This document shows, piece by piece, positions 12,143 through 33,600 of a stretch of DNA of 64,000 nucleotides. The notes beneath the pieces are model-generated. The model worked only from the letters and a program-made list of their open reading frames with translations. It was not told the origin of the DNA and did not search any database. The stretch is from NCBI GenBank assembly GCA_051362555.1, contig JBPQGU010000013.1:1-64000 (forward strand). The letters are read 5' to 3'. Numbering within the stretch: the stretch's first letter is position 1; each line of letters starts with the position of its first letter. This DNA comes from Lingula anatina. Its lineage: Eukaryota; Animalia; Brachiopoda. Both the position numbers and the translations under genes were made by a program.

Positions 12143-13409
12143 GTAGTACTACATGGACTCTCAGCATTGAGCTGGTCTCTTGTTACCTCTCTCTCTCTCG
12201 TCTCCCCCGTAGATTTTCCACGCAATCGTGCGCTCACACAAACACAGGATCTTTCGCGTCATTTTTGCCTCATTCTGACGCCGACTGAGGGAAAAGTAAG
12301 AAACTCCTTTTGGACTGGAAGAAAGCGCAACAGCAATCTTTATACCAATTGCATGCTTCGTGATTTTGGTAATGATGTATTTACTGTTCTCATAAATGAA
12401 CTGAGCCAGAGGATTGTATGCTCAAGCTAATCGTGTGTGTATCTGGTGGCATATTTTTAATTTTGCTGGTCTTTTTTTGCTCAATGGAAATGACAGTGGA
12501 ACGTCAGATTTGAGGAGCGTATGCTCTAAACTTGAATAAATGGTATATAATATAGATCGACATTTTGTACTTTCTGTACCGCACGTCAAATTAGGTATGG
12601 TAAATGGAATTTAAAAAATATTTTAAATGGTTTACAGCTGTGAGATGATCATATGTAAACAAAAACACATGCCATGTCATGGAACTCGAGTTAGGACACA
12701 ATTTTTGACCAATAGTGTACATGTCTACATACACACACAAGAATCCAGTATGAAAAGCGTTTCAATGGAAAATTGATAAATCAATATACAAAGCAAAAAA
12801 TAAATAAAATAAAAATAAATAACTTGGGTAGCCATGCTCATTTCATCACAGTCTAAGGGTTATGTATAAGACCAAATTTGTTGACAAATTTGAGACACTT
12901 GTTAATCCATTCCCTAAGCTTTTAAAACAAAAACCCCTGAAAGAGCATTTTAATAGACATATTCTGTAAGATGGACACAAAATTGTCAACAAAACATACA
13001 TCTTTATCATAAGTGTTTGAATATTTTATATAAAATCAACAAAATTATCATAAATCATTTGCGCCTCTGTGCGGCAGTGAGATCTACAATTACATGTATA
13101 TTCACCTTCTTCTCCATCAGAAAACTATTCACTGTACCCAGAAGTTCCTGAATATTGACCATGTTATGGCTTTACTTATGATATAAATGAAATCAATGTT
13201 TGTCATGTTCAATATGCAGTGTTTACACTATAGGATTATCATATTCTCACTGCTGTTTGGTAATTACCAATAAGGATTTACATGTATAATACATTCTAAC
13301 AATACAAAACTCCACAAATTTATGTACAATCACAAACAACTGATAAATGAATTACACATACCAATACAATCAGGTCTTTGAACCTTAGGAATTATATGCA
13401 CTGCTGCTC

Positions 13410-13693
13410 CCCGCAAGAAAACGCAGTAGTATCGAAGTAGCAAGGAAGCATTAACGCAGTAGTGGTGTGGAGCATATTTGCAGTAGAAATGCAATATAGC
13501 CTACTGCAATTCTACTTCAAAAATTACATAGGGTTGTACAGAGGAGGAGCATTAATGCAGTAGATTAGCAGCATGATAGAAGCATGTTTCAAATATGCTA
13601 ATTAGCTTCCACATCGAAGCAGATTTGAAGCATGTTTGCAGTATGATTGCAGTAGTCTACTGCGCTGGAGTATCTACTTCATTTTCGTGCGGG
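13410..13693. mobile_element. MITE with CCCGC...GCGGG TIRs and 2-bp TSD (animal EnSpm/CMC-like)
   Basis: CCCGCAAGAAAACGCAGTAG versus reverse complement CCCGCACGAAAATGAAGTAG. TC on both flanks. Internal GCAGTAG/GAAGCA sub-repeats. Confidence 0.75.
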
Positions 13694-14854
13694 TCGCCTT
13701 TGGACAATCTTAAATTTAAACTTCTGAATATCTACTGAGACAGTCAAATAAAGAGCTTTGTCTATCTATGTCTATTTTCTCCAATTTAATGTACTCACAC
13801 TGACAGCCAAAATCCTGAAAACGCTCACATACATGTGGTACGATAGGTACCTGTGCTTGCAATAAATGGTACATCCATTTATATATATATTTCTACCTCC
13901 GATTCTTATAGCCAGTAAGATATAAACTATCCCATTTGTGGTTTTCTGTACTTTAAATATACCATGTTCATCAGGGGAAAATGGAGAACTATCTGGTTTC
14001 TAGTCAAAATCATATTATACTCATAATGAATTAATTATTACAACAGCTGCATTGACACCAGACTCTTCTCTTTTCAGAGAATAGGATATTACAATTTTCA
14101 AACTAAATGACCAACCATTTCAAACTTGCATTTTATCTAAATCTTGTTTACATATTCAAAATACGTGCGCCCTTTTTGATCTGTATCTAAACCAAACACT
14201 TCAATGTAAAATGACTTCCTTTAAGTTTGTAAACAGACAACGTTTAATTTAATGCCCTGTTTGCTTACAAATAAACTTTTGAACTGTGTTACTATTAAGT
14301 TCTTCTTTAAAATATCACACTGCAGATTAAATAACCAATAAATCTTACCAAAAACCAGACAAAAAGACTAAAGCATGACTGCCACTCACCTAATTTACCT
14401 GGAATATTTTATTTTACAGACCAGCATATATAATATGTACTGCTGTATTGTATATCCTTGAGGCTTTGCAGGTATTGTGTACTTTTATATACATAATGAC
14501 ATATACAGTAGTCACATTTTGCTTTCAATGTCTTCAGCACTACCATCAGAATGTAGTTGAAAATGTCACTTCTGCACTTTTTTTTTTCTTTTGTACAAAA
14601 TAACCTTATGCACTTATATACATTTTTCTGAACCAGTTTTAATGGTCATCCTCTTTGCATATGCATATTAGCTGAAAACTAACATTCCTAATAAATAAAT
14701 AAATAAATAAATAAATAAAATAAAAATAAAAGCCATATGTTTTCAACTCTCTTTTACAATTTCGTCATTCCTTCAGGGTTCTTTTACCTCCTTTCCCTTA
14801 CAGAAAAGGATGTCTTATTCTGCCACGTTTCATTTGTTATTTTTGTCATCTTCC

Positions 14855-23309
<8,455 letters not shown>

Positions 23310-23762
23310 TTACTGTCTTTAGACAATGGAAACAATTTGGACAATGTATGATTTATTAGTCAATACAATACTTTATATTTTTCACTAATTTAATGGAGGT
23401 TTTATTTGTGTACTTTTACTAGCCTCATGAGGGCCCCGGAGAAGATAAAGTTTACATAGACCTACCATTTTACCATCAATAAATATAGTTAAATAAATAA
23501 TAAATGTTTTATTTCACCTAAGCACTTTTTAAAAACAATTAACAATTTTATTTATCTTATTCTTATCAAGTGAATATAACAATTAATAGTTTTACAATCT
23601 GACTACTGGTATTTTGGTTGCAAATGAACATTATTGTTATGATTATTTATTATATAACGAGTATGATAAGTTACAATATTGGCAATCAGGCATTTTAAAT
23701 ATTATAATATGCATATCATGATGGGAATATCAGACATAATGCACTTGGAATATTCCAATTTC

Positions 23763-23802
<40 letters not shown>

Positions 23803-24340
23803 TAGAGGGGAGGGAGAGAGAGAAGCAGAGTTTCCTAAAAAAGGGCATATTTGTGTTCAGAAAGTCATAATAACTATAAGGAGAAATATCAAATTATTTT
23901 TTCAGAATTAATGCAATCTATAATAGGTATACATATCACAATGCGCCAGGGGTGCCACAGTAACCACTGTCTAGCTGCAGTGCTGGCAAAACTGTGACCA
24001 GCCTGATCACAGGTCGCATATATGACATCCCTTTCAAATCTCTCTTTTAGCAATGTGTAATTTATACCATTTATAAGCTCAGGTAATTTGCAATCTAATT
24101 TTAAAACAAGGCAGCAAAGCTGTCAAATGTACAGACAAAAAACAGGAAATAACTATGCACAAAATAGGCTACTGTCAATTCTGATGCGAAAGTACATTAT
24201 GTTAAACTGCAAATTCAACATCAAATTTTAATTATGCTCAACAGGTAATACCAATGTAAGTAAAATGTGTAACAAGTTCACACTTTGAAAATATATAACT
24301 TCCAGAAAAAGAAGCCAATTAGACTGTTTTTCCAACTCAG

Positions 24341-24613
24341 GCTGCATTTTAGTCCTGTATTTCTTTTTTGAAAGTTTGGCAATCATAAGTAACATGGTTT
24401 TCCCATAATGGTCATCATGGCAGCAGCACCCAAAATTGTGTTTTCTTCTATTCTGATGCCATATTACATAATGGTTAACAGCATAATGACTGTTAATTTT
24501 TAATAATAAAATATACGTATCATGGATTTTCAGAAAATGTGACTAGCATGGGTCTTCAAGCCCGTGGAACTTCAAAGTCACACCTTGAAAATATGTGAAA
24601 AATTAAATTTTCA

Positions 24614-24648
<35 letters not shown>

Positions 24649-24946
24649 AACTGGCAGTAAGAATTACCAGACAGACTGCATTGCCTACTGAAGCTGTATT
24701 TTAGTCCCATGTTTCTTTCCTGTAAGTTTGAGAACAGTAAGTGACATGTTTTTTCTTAAATGGTCATCATGGGAGCAGTGCCCAAAATAGTTTTTTTTTT
24801 CAAATTTTGATGCAATATTACATAATGTTTAACAGCATAATGATCATCAATTTTAATAATAAAATATTAGTATTATGGATATTCAGAAAATGTGACTAGC
24901 AAAGGTCTTCAGGCTGATGGAACTTCAAAGTCACAACTTGAAAATG
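24341..24946. repeat. Diverged tandem duplication (period ~355 bp)
   Basis: Blocks such as AATGGTCATCATGG, TTTTAATAATAAAATAT, TTCAGAAAATGTGACTAGCA and GGAACTTCAAAGTCACA occur twice in the same order. Confidence 0.75.
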
Positions 24947-25344
24947 CCAAAATGTAAACAAGACATCAAAATGTTTTTTTTTTCCAGTTTTAACAATTTC
25001 TAACATAAAACAAAATTAACAGTTTACTACCGTTTTTATATGATCAACTAAGAAAATTGATGAGATGGGAAAAATATCAATAGAGCAGTGTTAAATGTCC
25101 AATTTCTTCCATTCTGAGATTCTGAACATAGTGAATGATTGAATGTGACAAACTGCAATGATATGAGTTTATTTCCATTTTTGAAACTTTATTACATAAT
25201 ACACGACAACAAGTTTACCATCATTTTTACAAAATCAACTAACAATGTTGTAAAGATGCAGGAAATGTCAAACAAACACTTTTACATATCTTATTAATTA
25301 AATAATGAAACTGTTAACATGCCTAAGAATTGAATCTGAGGAAA

Positions 25345-25889
25345 TGTGAAAAAACAGCATAACTTCTAAAATAATGGCCCGTTTATGCTGATTTTTTTAA
25401 CTCAACCTGCGTTTTAACAGGATTGACCACTCCTGTGAGTTTAATGACAATTGGCCTATCTGTTTTTCTTATATTGTGTTTACAGTGTTGCATATATGCT
25501 GAAAAGTGAAAAAAAAAAGAGCATAACTACTAAAATTGTGGCCCGATCATGCCAATTTTTTTAACTTGACCTGCGTTTTAGTAAGATCGATTACACCTGT
25601 AAGTTTCATGACAACAGGCCTATCGGTTTTCCTTGAAATGTGTTTACAGTGTTGCATATATGCTGAAAAGTGAAAAAACAGCATAACTTCTACAATAATG
25701 ACCCGATCATGCTGATTTTCGAACTTGACCTGCGTTTTATGAATATTCATCAGCTCTGTAAATATAAAGCCAAAAAGTAAAACTGCCTTCCACTTATCGT
25801 GTTTACAAGGAAAGTGCACGGCGCTGGCGACGACAGACGCAGGTGATGGAAATATGTACAGACACATCTGTGTCTGTACATAAAAAAAA
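25345..25889 (+). mobile_element. Non-autonomous Helentron/HINE-like element with ~162-bp internal tandem repeats and 3' hairpin
   Basis: About 2.5 units starting GCATAACT.CTA.AAT; 3' palindrome TATGTACAGACACA-TC-TGTGTCTGTACATA (25853-25882) followed by an A-run. Confidence 0.6.
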
Positions 25890-26084
25890 CAGAGCTGTGT
25901 ATCTGAAATAAAGGATTGTTTTATCTATTTTTATTGATTTTACCATTTCTACTCACCCACAGTCTTGGCTCCAGTAGTTTTGTTCCTCCCAATCACGTTC
26001 ACACAGAGCAGAGCATGCGAGCGGGAGGAGTGAGGAGTGCTCATTCATGTTCGTGCATGCTGTTGCTCTGTTCCTGTGTCCTAG

Positions 26085-26597
26085 TAACTCCTAGAGGGGC
26101 GCAAGTTTGGCCCGTTTTTGGCGATTTGCATTTGCATACACATGCACTTTCGTTATGCACTTTCGTTATAACGCCGGGCACTTTCGTTCTGTATTTTTGA
26201 TGCTGTGTTTTGTTTGCGTTTGTCAATTTGCTACTTTGTAGCACATTTCTCAACTGCAGGAGCAGGAGAAGGGCCTTTTTTGACGATGTTAACGGTCATT
26301 TGGCCGTCGGCTACTGTGACACGGTCATGTGACCACAACAAACCGCAATGTTTACAGGAACTAGGCGTGGGGTCCTTTCTTTAGGGGGGGAACCATTCAC
26401 CCGGCCACGGCAAACATTCCAGGTGCGCACTAACGTTTTTTAATCGTTTTTGGGGCTTGAAACGCATCTGGTGCCAAGTTGCGCGCCGAAATTGCCCCAT
26501 CCGCCCCGGGATTTTTGGGGCGTAATTTTCGCATTTTTTGCCTTTTTCTTTTTTTCTTTTTTGCGCTGGGCCGACAGAGAAGATTGAGTGGGTTCCT
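26085..26597 (+). mobile_element. Terminal ~510 bp of a truncated Dada-like unit (start of the array)
   Basis: Near-identical to ~35103-35608 and ~44109-44616. Ends in the CAGAGAAGA-containing terminus. Confidence 0.75.
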
Positions 26598-26628
26598 TTG
26601 CGCAGGGGACATGCGTAGCTTCTCTGTA
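26574..26628. other. Dada head-to-tail junction: U6-like termini around shared TTGCGC core (also at 35609-35614 and 44617-44622)
   Basis: CAGAGAAGA (26575-26583) and GCTTCTCTG (26618-26626) are each 14 nt from TTGCGC (26598-26603). The minus strand reads TACAGAGAAGCTACGCATGTCCCCTGCGCAA versus U6 TACAGAGAAGATTAGCATGGCCCCTGCGCAA (27/31). Confidence 0.85.
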
Positions 26629-26660
26629 GAGTGACCCCGAATCACATGACGACTCATGCA

Positions 26661-26764
26661 TACGTCATCGCTGATTTTCCTCAAATCAGCGATTCCAACC
26701 AATCACAAACCCAAAATCAGCGATCTGGTCGAAAATCAGCGATGACGTAGGCGAAATCAGCGAA
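26661..26764. promoter_or_regulatory. Subterminal AAATCAGCGA motif cluster with 18-bp inverted repeat
   Basis: Four direct AAATCAGCGA plus one inverted copy; TACGTCATCGCTGATTTT...AAAATCAGCGATGACGTA. Lies between the terminus and the transposase ATG. Confidence 0.55.
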
Positions 26765-26823
26765 TTACGGCCGCAGAAAAGAGGTCACGTGGTACAGGAG
26801 TCGTCAAGCACAAGCTATTCAAC

Positions 26824-29800
26824 ATGGCGACAAGAGGTAAGTTTTCTCTCGACTCAGCGATTCACCTGCCCGTTGCTCGCTTTAAACGGACTAGATAATT
26901 TAAACACCGACACCGATGAAAAGCTCAAGTAGTACCGAGCACGCCGACGTATCAGTCGGCGCAACCAGTTGCACCTTTCCGCTTTTTATCGCAATAATTA
27001 CCTTTTCGCGGGAAAAAATCCACGTGGGTGGGTGCTCGACATGACATGTCTGGATTTCTTTGCAGATGAACCGAAAACGCCACTCCCCTCGACCAGATCA
27101 AGCGACCCAGTGTTCAGGAGGAGGTCGGATGGAGCACTGACGCTCGGTGAGAGTAACGCCGCGAGGAGGGCTGCTGCTTCTGCAGCCACTGCCTCCCTCA
27201 CCGCCGCTGCCAAACCACCGGAGAAGGTTGCGGAGGAGGCCAGGTCTGCAGTCATCCAGCTCGGCCTGGATGTCACCGACAAGAAACACCTTCTGGGGCA
27301 TCACAGGCTGCAGTTTGGAAAATACCGGGGGCAGACCTTCCGGTGGCTGGTCGAGAACTCCCTGGGGTATGCCGCCTACTTGGCAGAGAGTCTGAGCAGG
27401 GAGACTCCACACCCCGGCCCGCTGGGTGTGAACAAATACAAGCTCAAGGTAAAATCTTTCCTTTTAAATCTTTTTGATTGCCTTACTATATGTAATGTGT
27501 AAGGTATTGAAAGATTGAAAGTAATGCCCCATGGTGTAAGGTTAGTTGTCTGCACCCCCCCCCCCCCCCCTCCCATGTCTTTTATAAGTCTTTCATTGGT
27601 GTTATACTGGTTTGTGGTGAATAATACTTCAAGTATTCAGTTACTGTGGATACAGACAAACATCATAGTTTAAGTATCTGACATATCTGTCCTCAAGTCA
27701 CTGATATCTAGTATTGTTAAAGTGGTCTTGTAACACAAACTAGTCGGACTGAAGGTCACCTCCCAGGAAAGGTACAACGCATTGTTTGTATCTTAGCACA
27801 CACAGTAATATAAATCAGTTGTACTAGTTTCCATTATTGAAAGAGATGATAGTAATTAACATTCATTTCAATTGGACAATGCCTTTATTGTCAGGGTACC
27901 TGTCTTAATCACCTTTATTGACTTCACATAGGAGTACCTTGAGCTGTTCCCCCAGGGTCGGGAGGCTATTGCTGCCAAGACCAAGGAGAGGCAGGCAAAA
28001 CCCACACCACCTGCCAAGCCTGTCCCAGTATCCTCCAGCTCACTTCAGAGCCTCATGGTCGGCAGTCATCTGTCACCAGCAGGGCTCAAAGCTGGAGTGA
28101 AGAGACAGCTTGGTCCCCCAGGGCCAACACCCAATCTTAAGAAATCAAGAAGAGGTAAATGACACATGTATTATTACACACATTTTTTTTTTTTTTTTTT
28201 CAAATTTAATAGTTGATGTGTGCTTCTGTATCAGTGTATTTATTCCGTTATTCATTTTTTTTTTTTTTCCAGCAACGGCGACCCTGCCCAAGTCTGAGGA
28301 TGTGGAAGTGGTGGACGCCCCCCTTCCTGCCCCAGACAGCACCAACACCGCCGTTGCCAAGAAACCTAAACCCACCACCAGAGGTAAATGTAATTCATGG
28401 TAATTTCATTGACGTAAGGACCCTTGTTTTAAGAGTAGCTTTCTAACATCTTTTTACAGTTGTTGCCACTTTTACTTCAGTATATTCTAATTTTGTTCAT
28501 TTAAAGCGACAGCCGTAGACCCTGAGGAAGTGAGCGACTTGGAACGCCCAGAGCTACCTGTCCCTGCCTCAGCTGGTGCTGGCACCAGTACAGCTGCCGC
28601 TCCTGACACCATACCCCAACAGGAGACCAAAAGGCAGAGCTCCCTGCCAGATTCAGGTAAAGACTTTTTGTTTCTTTTCCATGAACAATTTGAGGTCACA
28701 GCTGGGATTCAATTTGGAAATTAACCAGTCAATTCAATTTGGAAATTAACCAGTCAATTTTCAGTGAGCAAAAAGTTAACTCCTAGCTGCTGACCTTACA
28801 TTAAGTGTTTTGTCTGTGACATATCACATACCGCCCCAGCCCTCCTGCCAAGGTGATGATGACAAGAAGAATTCCTTCATGAAAATCTGCACAGCTTAGA
28901 TTGTGAATTTTAAGATTTTTTATAAAATTAATCGCGCAAAGTGTAATGAAAGAAAATAGTGTAAAACAGAATGTAAAACATTAAGAGTGTTCTATTGTTC
29001 TTGTACCTGTTTTCTTTTCACAGTCTTTGGAGGACAGGTGTTGGTGAGTTTGAAATCAAGCTTTCAGAGTTTTATTGTTTTATTTATTATTAATGCACAC
29101 GTGGCTTATTCACTGACACTTGTAGCATGTGGTGTGTTTTCTTTTTATATGTTTTGGAAGGTGACAGCACAGCAGCAGCAGCAGCACTTTGGTTTTGTTT
29201 TCTTTTTCGCTTTTTCGCTTTCCTTTTTTTTTTTTTTCTGCATTACTGTGGGTTCCTTACTGTGAGGTGGTTGGTGTTTGTATTGCCTGTAGATTAGCAT
29301 AAAAGAGCTGAACATGCAATAACTTTTTTTTGTTTGTGGGTGATAAGGTTAAAGATATGAGGATGTATTTAAATGATAACTATTGACCATAAAGTAAACA
29401 AAGTCCAAGCAGTGATTAATCTGTTACTTTTAATAACCTCCAATGCAGAAGATACATGATAAGTAAGAATGAGTAATTTTTAAAAGTAATGAGAAAGTAT
29501 GTCAGCTCTTGTAAAGTGTGATATATGTTCATGATTTTCTTTTATTTCAGGTTTCCCCCTCTATTATTTTGTACTTATTGCTCTTCACTTGTTCCAGTGC
29601 CCGTGGATGACACTGATCTGATCCCTCTGTCATGGAAGGCCAGCCTGCCACCACATGAAGCACAGTGGGTTTCCCGTGCCTTGTTTACCACCCGCCGGGG
29701 CCAACTGAAGCAAGAGCTGCAGCTGTGGTGGCACCCACCATCACCCAGACTGGTCCACGCCCAGCCCCCTAGAACAGCAGGGCCTTTCTTCACCCACCCC

Positions 29801-30611
29801 TTCTTCCTCTGGATGCCACGCCGCATGTTCAGGGCTCAGCTGTCTTGCTCTGTGCCATCATGCAAGGGTCGCCAGTTAACATCCTGCGGTTTCTTCAAGA
29901 CTGTCCGCCGCGTCCTTGACATCGATGGCTACTTTTACATGGGCACTGAGTACCTGGAGTGCGGCGCCTGTCACAAGAAGTATGCGGGTTGGAGTGGGGA
30001 AATCCTCCAACAGCTGGACGTGGCGACAAGGGGGAAATTTCCAGCACTGCTCACATACAGGTAATTTCAAAACTTTTCTTTTTTTTTCTTTTTTTTAATT
30101 TATGGAATTCTTGCATTTAATATCAGTTCATTTGAAAATCTATTTCAGCGGACAAAATAACTCTGTCTTTACATTTATAACTTATTCTGTTCTTGATTCT
30201 TTGTTGCAGGTACTCTTGCTCTACCCGGGTAGTTTCTCTCCTGAGAGAGCGATCTCTTGGGAACAGCACTACTCGGCTGAGTAAGCAACTGTGTGAGCAG
30301 CACACCAGGGATTGGCTAAGCAGGGTAGCCAATTTCCTCTCAGTTGTAGACAAGTTTGCCAGCTCATCCCTTGTGCAGAGAACAAGTCCTCTTCAGCCGT
30401 TACCCTTTGAAAGACTCCCGGGGCCAGCATGGCTACAAACTGTGCTGGTCCGTGACGTGTTGTTGAGGCTTGATGAGATCAAAGCCAAGGTGACCTCCAC
30501 CTTTGGATCCGTCTTGAAGATGGACTCCACCAAAAAGGTATGTACAGTTTTTGTTCTGATTTGCTCTCTTAAACTTTGTACAGTGAACAGTTTTGAAAAC
30601 AAAACAACAAA

Positions 30612-30643
<32 letters not shown>

Positions 30644-33600
30644 ATTTCTTTAAGAAAATGTATTAAGTGTCATATTTCCCCCCTCCGTTTTTCAGGTAGC
30701 CAAAAAGCTGGCAGGAGAGGCTGCAGGCTCAGCTGCCTGGTGCACCAACGTGGGCAATGAACACGGCCAGGTACTGACCTCAGTACTCACTGCTCAGGAG
30801 GGAGCTGGCCTGACCAAGATGGCCCAGGGCCTCGTGAGGCGGTACCAGCTCAGTGAACAGCCTCCACCCAAGGTGATGTATGTTGACAGGGACTGCTGCT
30901 CCACCTCCGGTCCCTGCAATGTCAAGAAGCTGTTTGCTGGCTGGCCCCATCTGGTGGTGCGACTGGACGTGTGGCACTTCATGCGCAGGTTCGCCTCCTG
31001 TGTCACCACGGAAAGCCACCCACTATACGCCGTCTTCATGAAGAAGTTGTCTGCCTGCATTTTTGAGTGGGACGCAGATGATCTGGCAGCACTTCGAGAT
31101 GCCAAGCTGGGCCAACTACAACTACAGGGCGCTGGCGTCAGCCCAGACAACATCATGCAGCACATCTCGCGCAAGGAGTTAGAGAAACACTGCCGTCGCC
31201 GCACCCGCGGTGTAGCTGAAACCACTCGTCTCTTGCAGTCGCTGGTCGACACGCTGGACAGTGATCAGGGGGTGCGACGCGCTAGGAGTACCTCTCCTTG
31301 ATCACGAGAGAGTGCAAGACATGTGGGCCTCTCAACAGCGCCACATACCATGCCTCCAGGACGTCGAAGGGGTCTCTCTGTACACCCAGACTGGAACTCT
31401 GAGGAAGGGCGGGAAGGAGCTGAAGGTCTACAGGTGTGCGAGGGGCTCAGTTTCCCTGGAGAGCTTCCATTCTCATATTGTTAGATTCATTCCCGGTAAG
31501 CACAACCACACACACCGACAGACTGCTTGGTTACCTGAAAGTAGATTTAAAATCACTTTAGACTGACTTAATTTTGATGCATTGGTACTTGTTAAATTAA
31601 ACTTAACATTTTTGTTGAAAATTTGTGGTTATTGAACACTTGCAGCTAATTTTCTCCCTTTTTTCTTGTTTTTAACAGGACAAAGTGCCTCTGCCACAAA
31701 TTTCCAAGCCTACATCCTGGAAGGAATTGTTCGGTGGAACCAGGATCGTGCGCTGGCCGCAATTGACAATGGGGACACCGAACTTCGCTGCTATGATGGA
31801 CAGCTCGTCCAGGCAGTGAACCATCTGGGAGAACGGGTGCTTGGCAATACCATCGTGCCAAATGCTGTGGTCCCCAGGAAATACACTGGTAATTAAAGTG
31901 ATTTAGGTTTCGTGTAATTTATAGGAATATAATTAGTTTAGATGTAATTGCAGCCAAGAAATTATTTTTGGAAAAAATAAATAAATAAATAAATAAATAA
32001 ATACATGAAAAAAAAAATGAGGCCTGCTACTAATAATTCTCTCATTTCTCTCTTTACTTCCAGGTGAGCTTCTAGGGTGCGAGTACCTGCTCGATCAGAC
32101 GGGAAAGGCCCTAGAACCTGTAAAACTGGACCCAGATGCACCCGAGGAGGAGGTTGTCGAGACAGTGGAGGAAGATGCTGATGATGAGGGTTCTCTGAAG
32201 ACTGTGATCCCACAATTGCAGATGCTGACGAGGACCCTGTATTCCCACATCCCTCCCAGACCACACACCTCCTCCGTGACAGAGGCAACCAATACCTCTC
32301 CACCCAGAGAAGGTAAATTTTTAGATTATTACTATTGTAATTATTATTATTATTTCTTTATTATTATTATTATTTTTTCTTTATATGTTTAATTCCAGAT
32401 ATGTAGCTATGCAAGTCAGTTGCCCTGTTCTGTTCACACAAGGTTATTTTATTTATTTTTTTTTTTTTTCAGGTGATATTTCTTTTTTCCCCTCCCCCCT
32501 CATTATATCGGCATATTTTTTTTTTACTTTCCAGAAGAGGTGCCCCTTGAAGAACCAACACCCAAGGTAGATGAGACTTCAGAGTCAGTGGACAGACATC
32601 ATATCCCCGGTTATGATGCCGTAACGAAGCTGGCTTCTGTACTCGTCTCCCTACGTACCATCGAGAGGGAGTGCCTCCTAACCGAAGATGTGGAGAAGAT
32701 AATCCACCACTGGGAGGCGTTGCCAGAAATGGACAAACAACGCCTCCGTTACACTCCACACTTCAAGAGGAGGCACACAAAGGGGCGATTTGCCTCTTCC
32801 AAGAACACCATCACTCCTGGGGTGGAGAGTGTCAAGAAGTAAGTTTTTTTTTTTTTTTTTTCAGCTAAGATTGTATTAACACTTATTTTTCAGAAGATAT
32901 TGGCATGAAATAGACCAAATAATAATAATAATAATAATAATAATACAAGAAAAAATTAAGTTTTTCCTTTGTACTTTCAGGTGCATGCTGGGGACTGGCA
33001 CCCCTGCGCGTGAGCCTTCCGAATCCAGGGTAGTGGAGGCCGTCATAATGCAACTAATGGAGGCCCATGATGCTCCGTGGAAGGGAGGCAAAAGACAACA
33101 CCCGTGGGGAGTCATCATGCGGGACTATGAGAGGATCACCAGGCTCCTTTTCAACAACGCCCGTGTGATGGAAAAAACAACCCTCCAGCTCTTCTCCATA
33201 AACATGAGGACACTACATACATGGTAATTTCTCAACTGACTCGACTGTCACAGCAACATTGTAAAATGTTAATTCCTCACTTAAATTAGATTCCTGAAAA
33301 GTCACCAATTAAACTGATACAATGATATTGCTAGTGCTTTTTTTTTTTTTTTTTTCCAATTTCATTTCAGTTTTTATTTTTTATTTTCTTTCAGATTTAA
33401 GAATATTTAAAGATTATTTCCTGATTATTCTTTTTTTTTCTTTTCTTCCATAGGCACAACAGGACTACAGATGAGCAGTACAGGGCCTCCCTTCTACAGG
33501 GGATGTCCCTGCCCGCTCCTCCTGCAACAGCAACAACACCGCTGCCTGCTGCCAGGCAGCTGCTACCGCGGCTGCCAGTGCCCTCTGGAACACCGCACCA

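Noticed and set aside
25956-25970. CCCACAGTCTTGGCT as an inverted partner of AGCCAAGATCTGGG (~35075)
   Set aside because: Only an 8-bp exact core, and it overlaps a plausible splice donor; likely chance.
26574-26628. U6 snRNA gene or pseudogene
   Set aside because: Similarity covers only ~31-35 nt; the U6 5' stem and 3' half are absent, and the symmetry fits transposon termini better.
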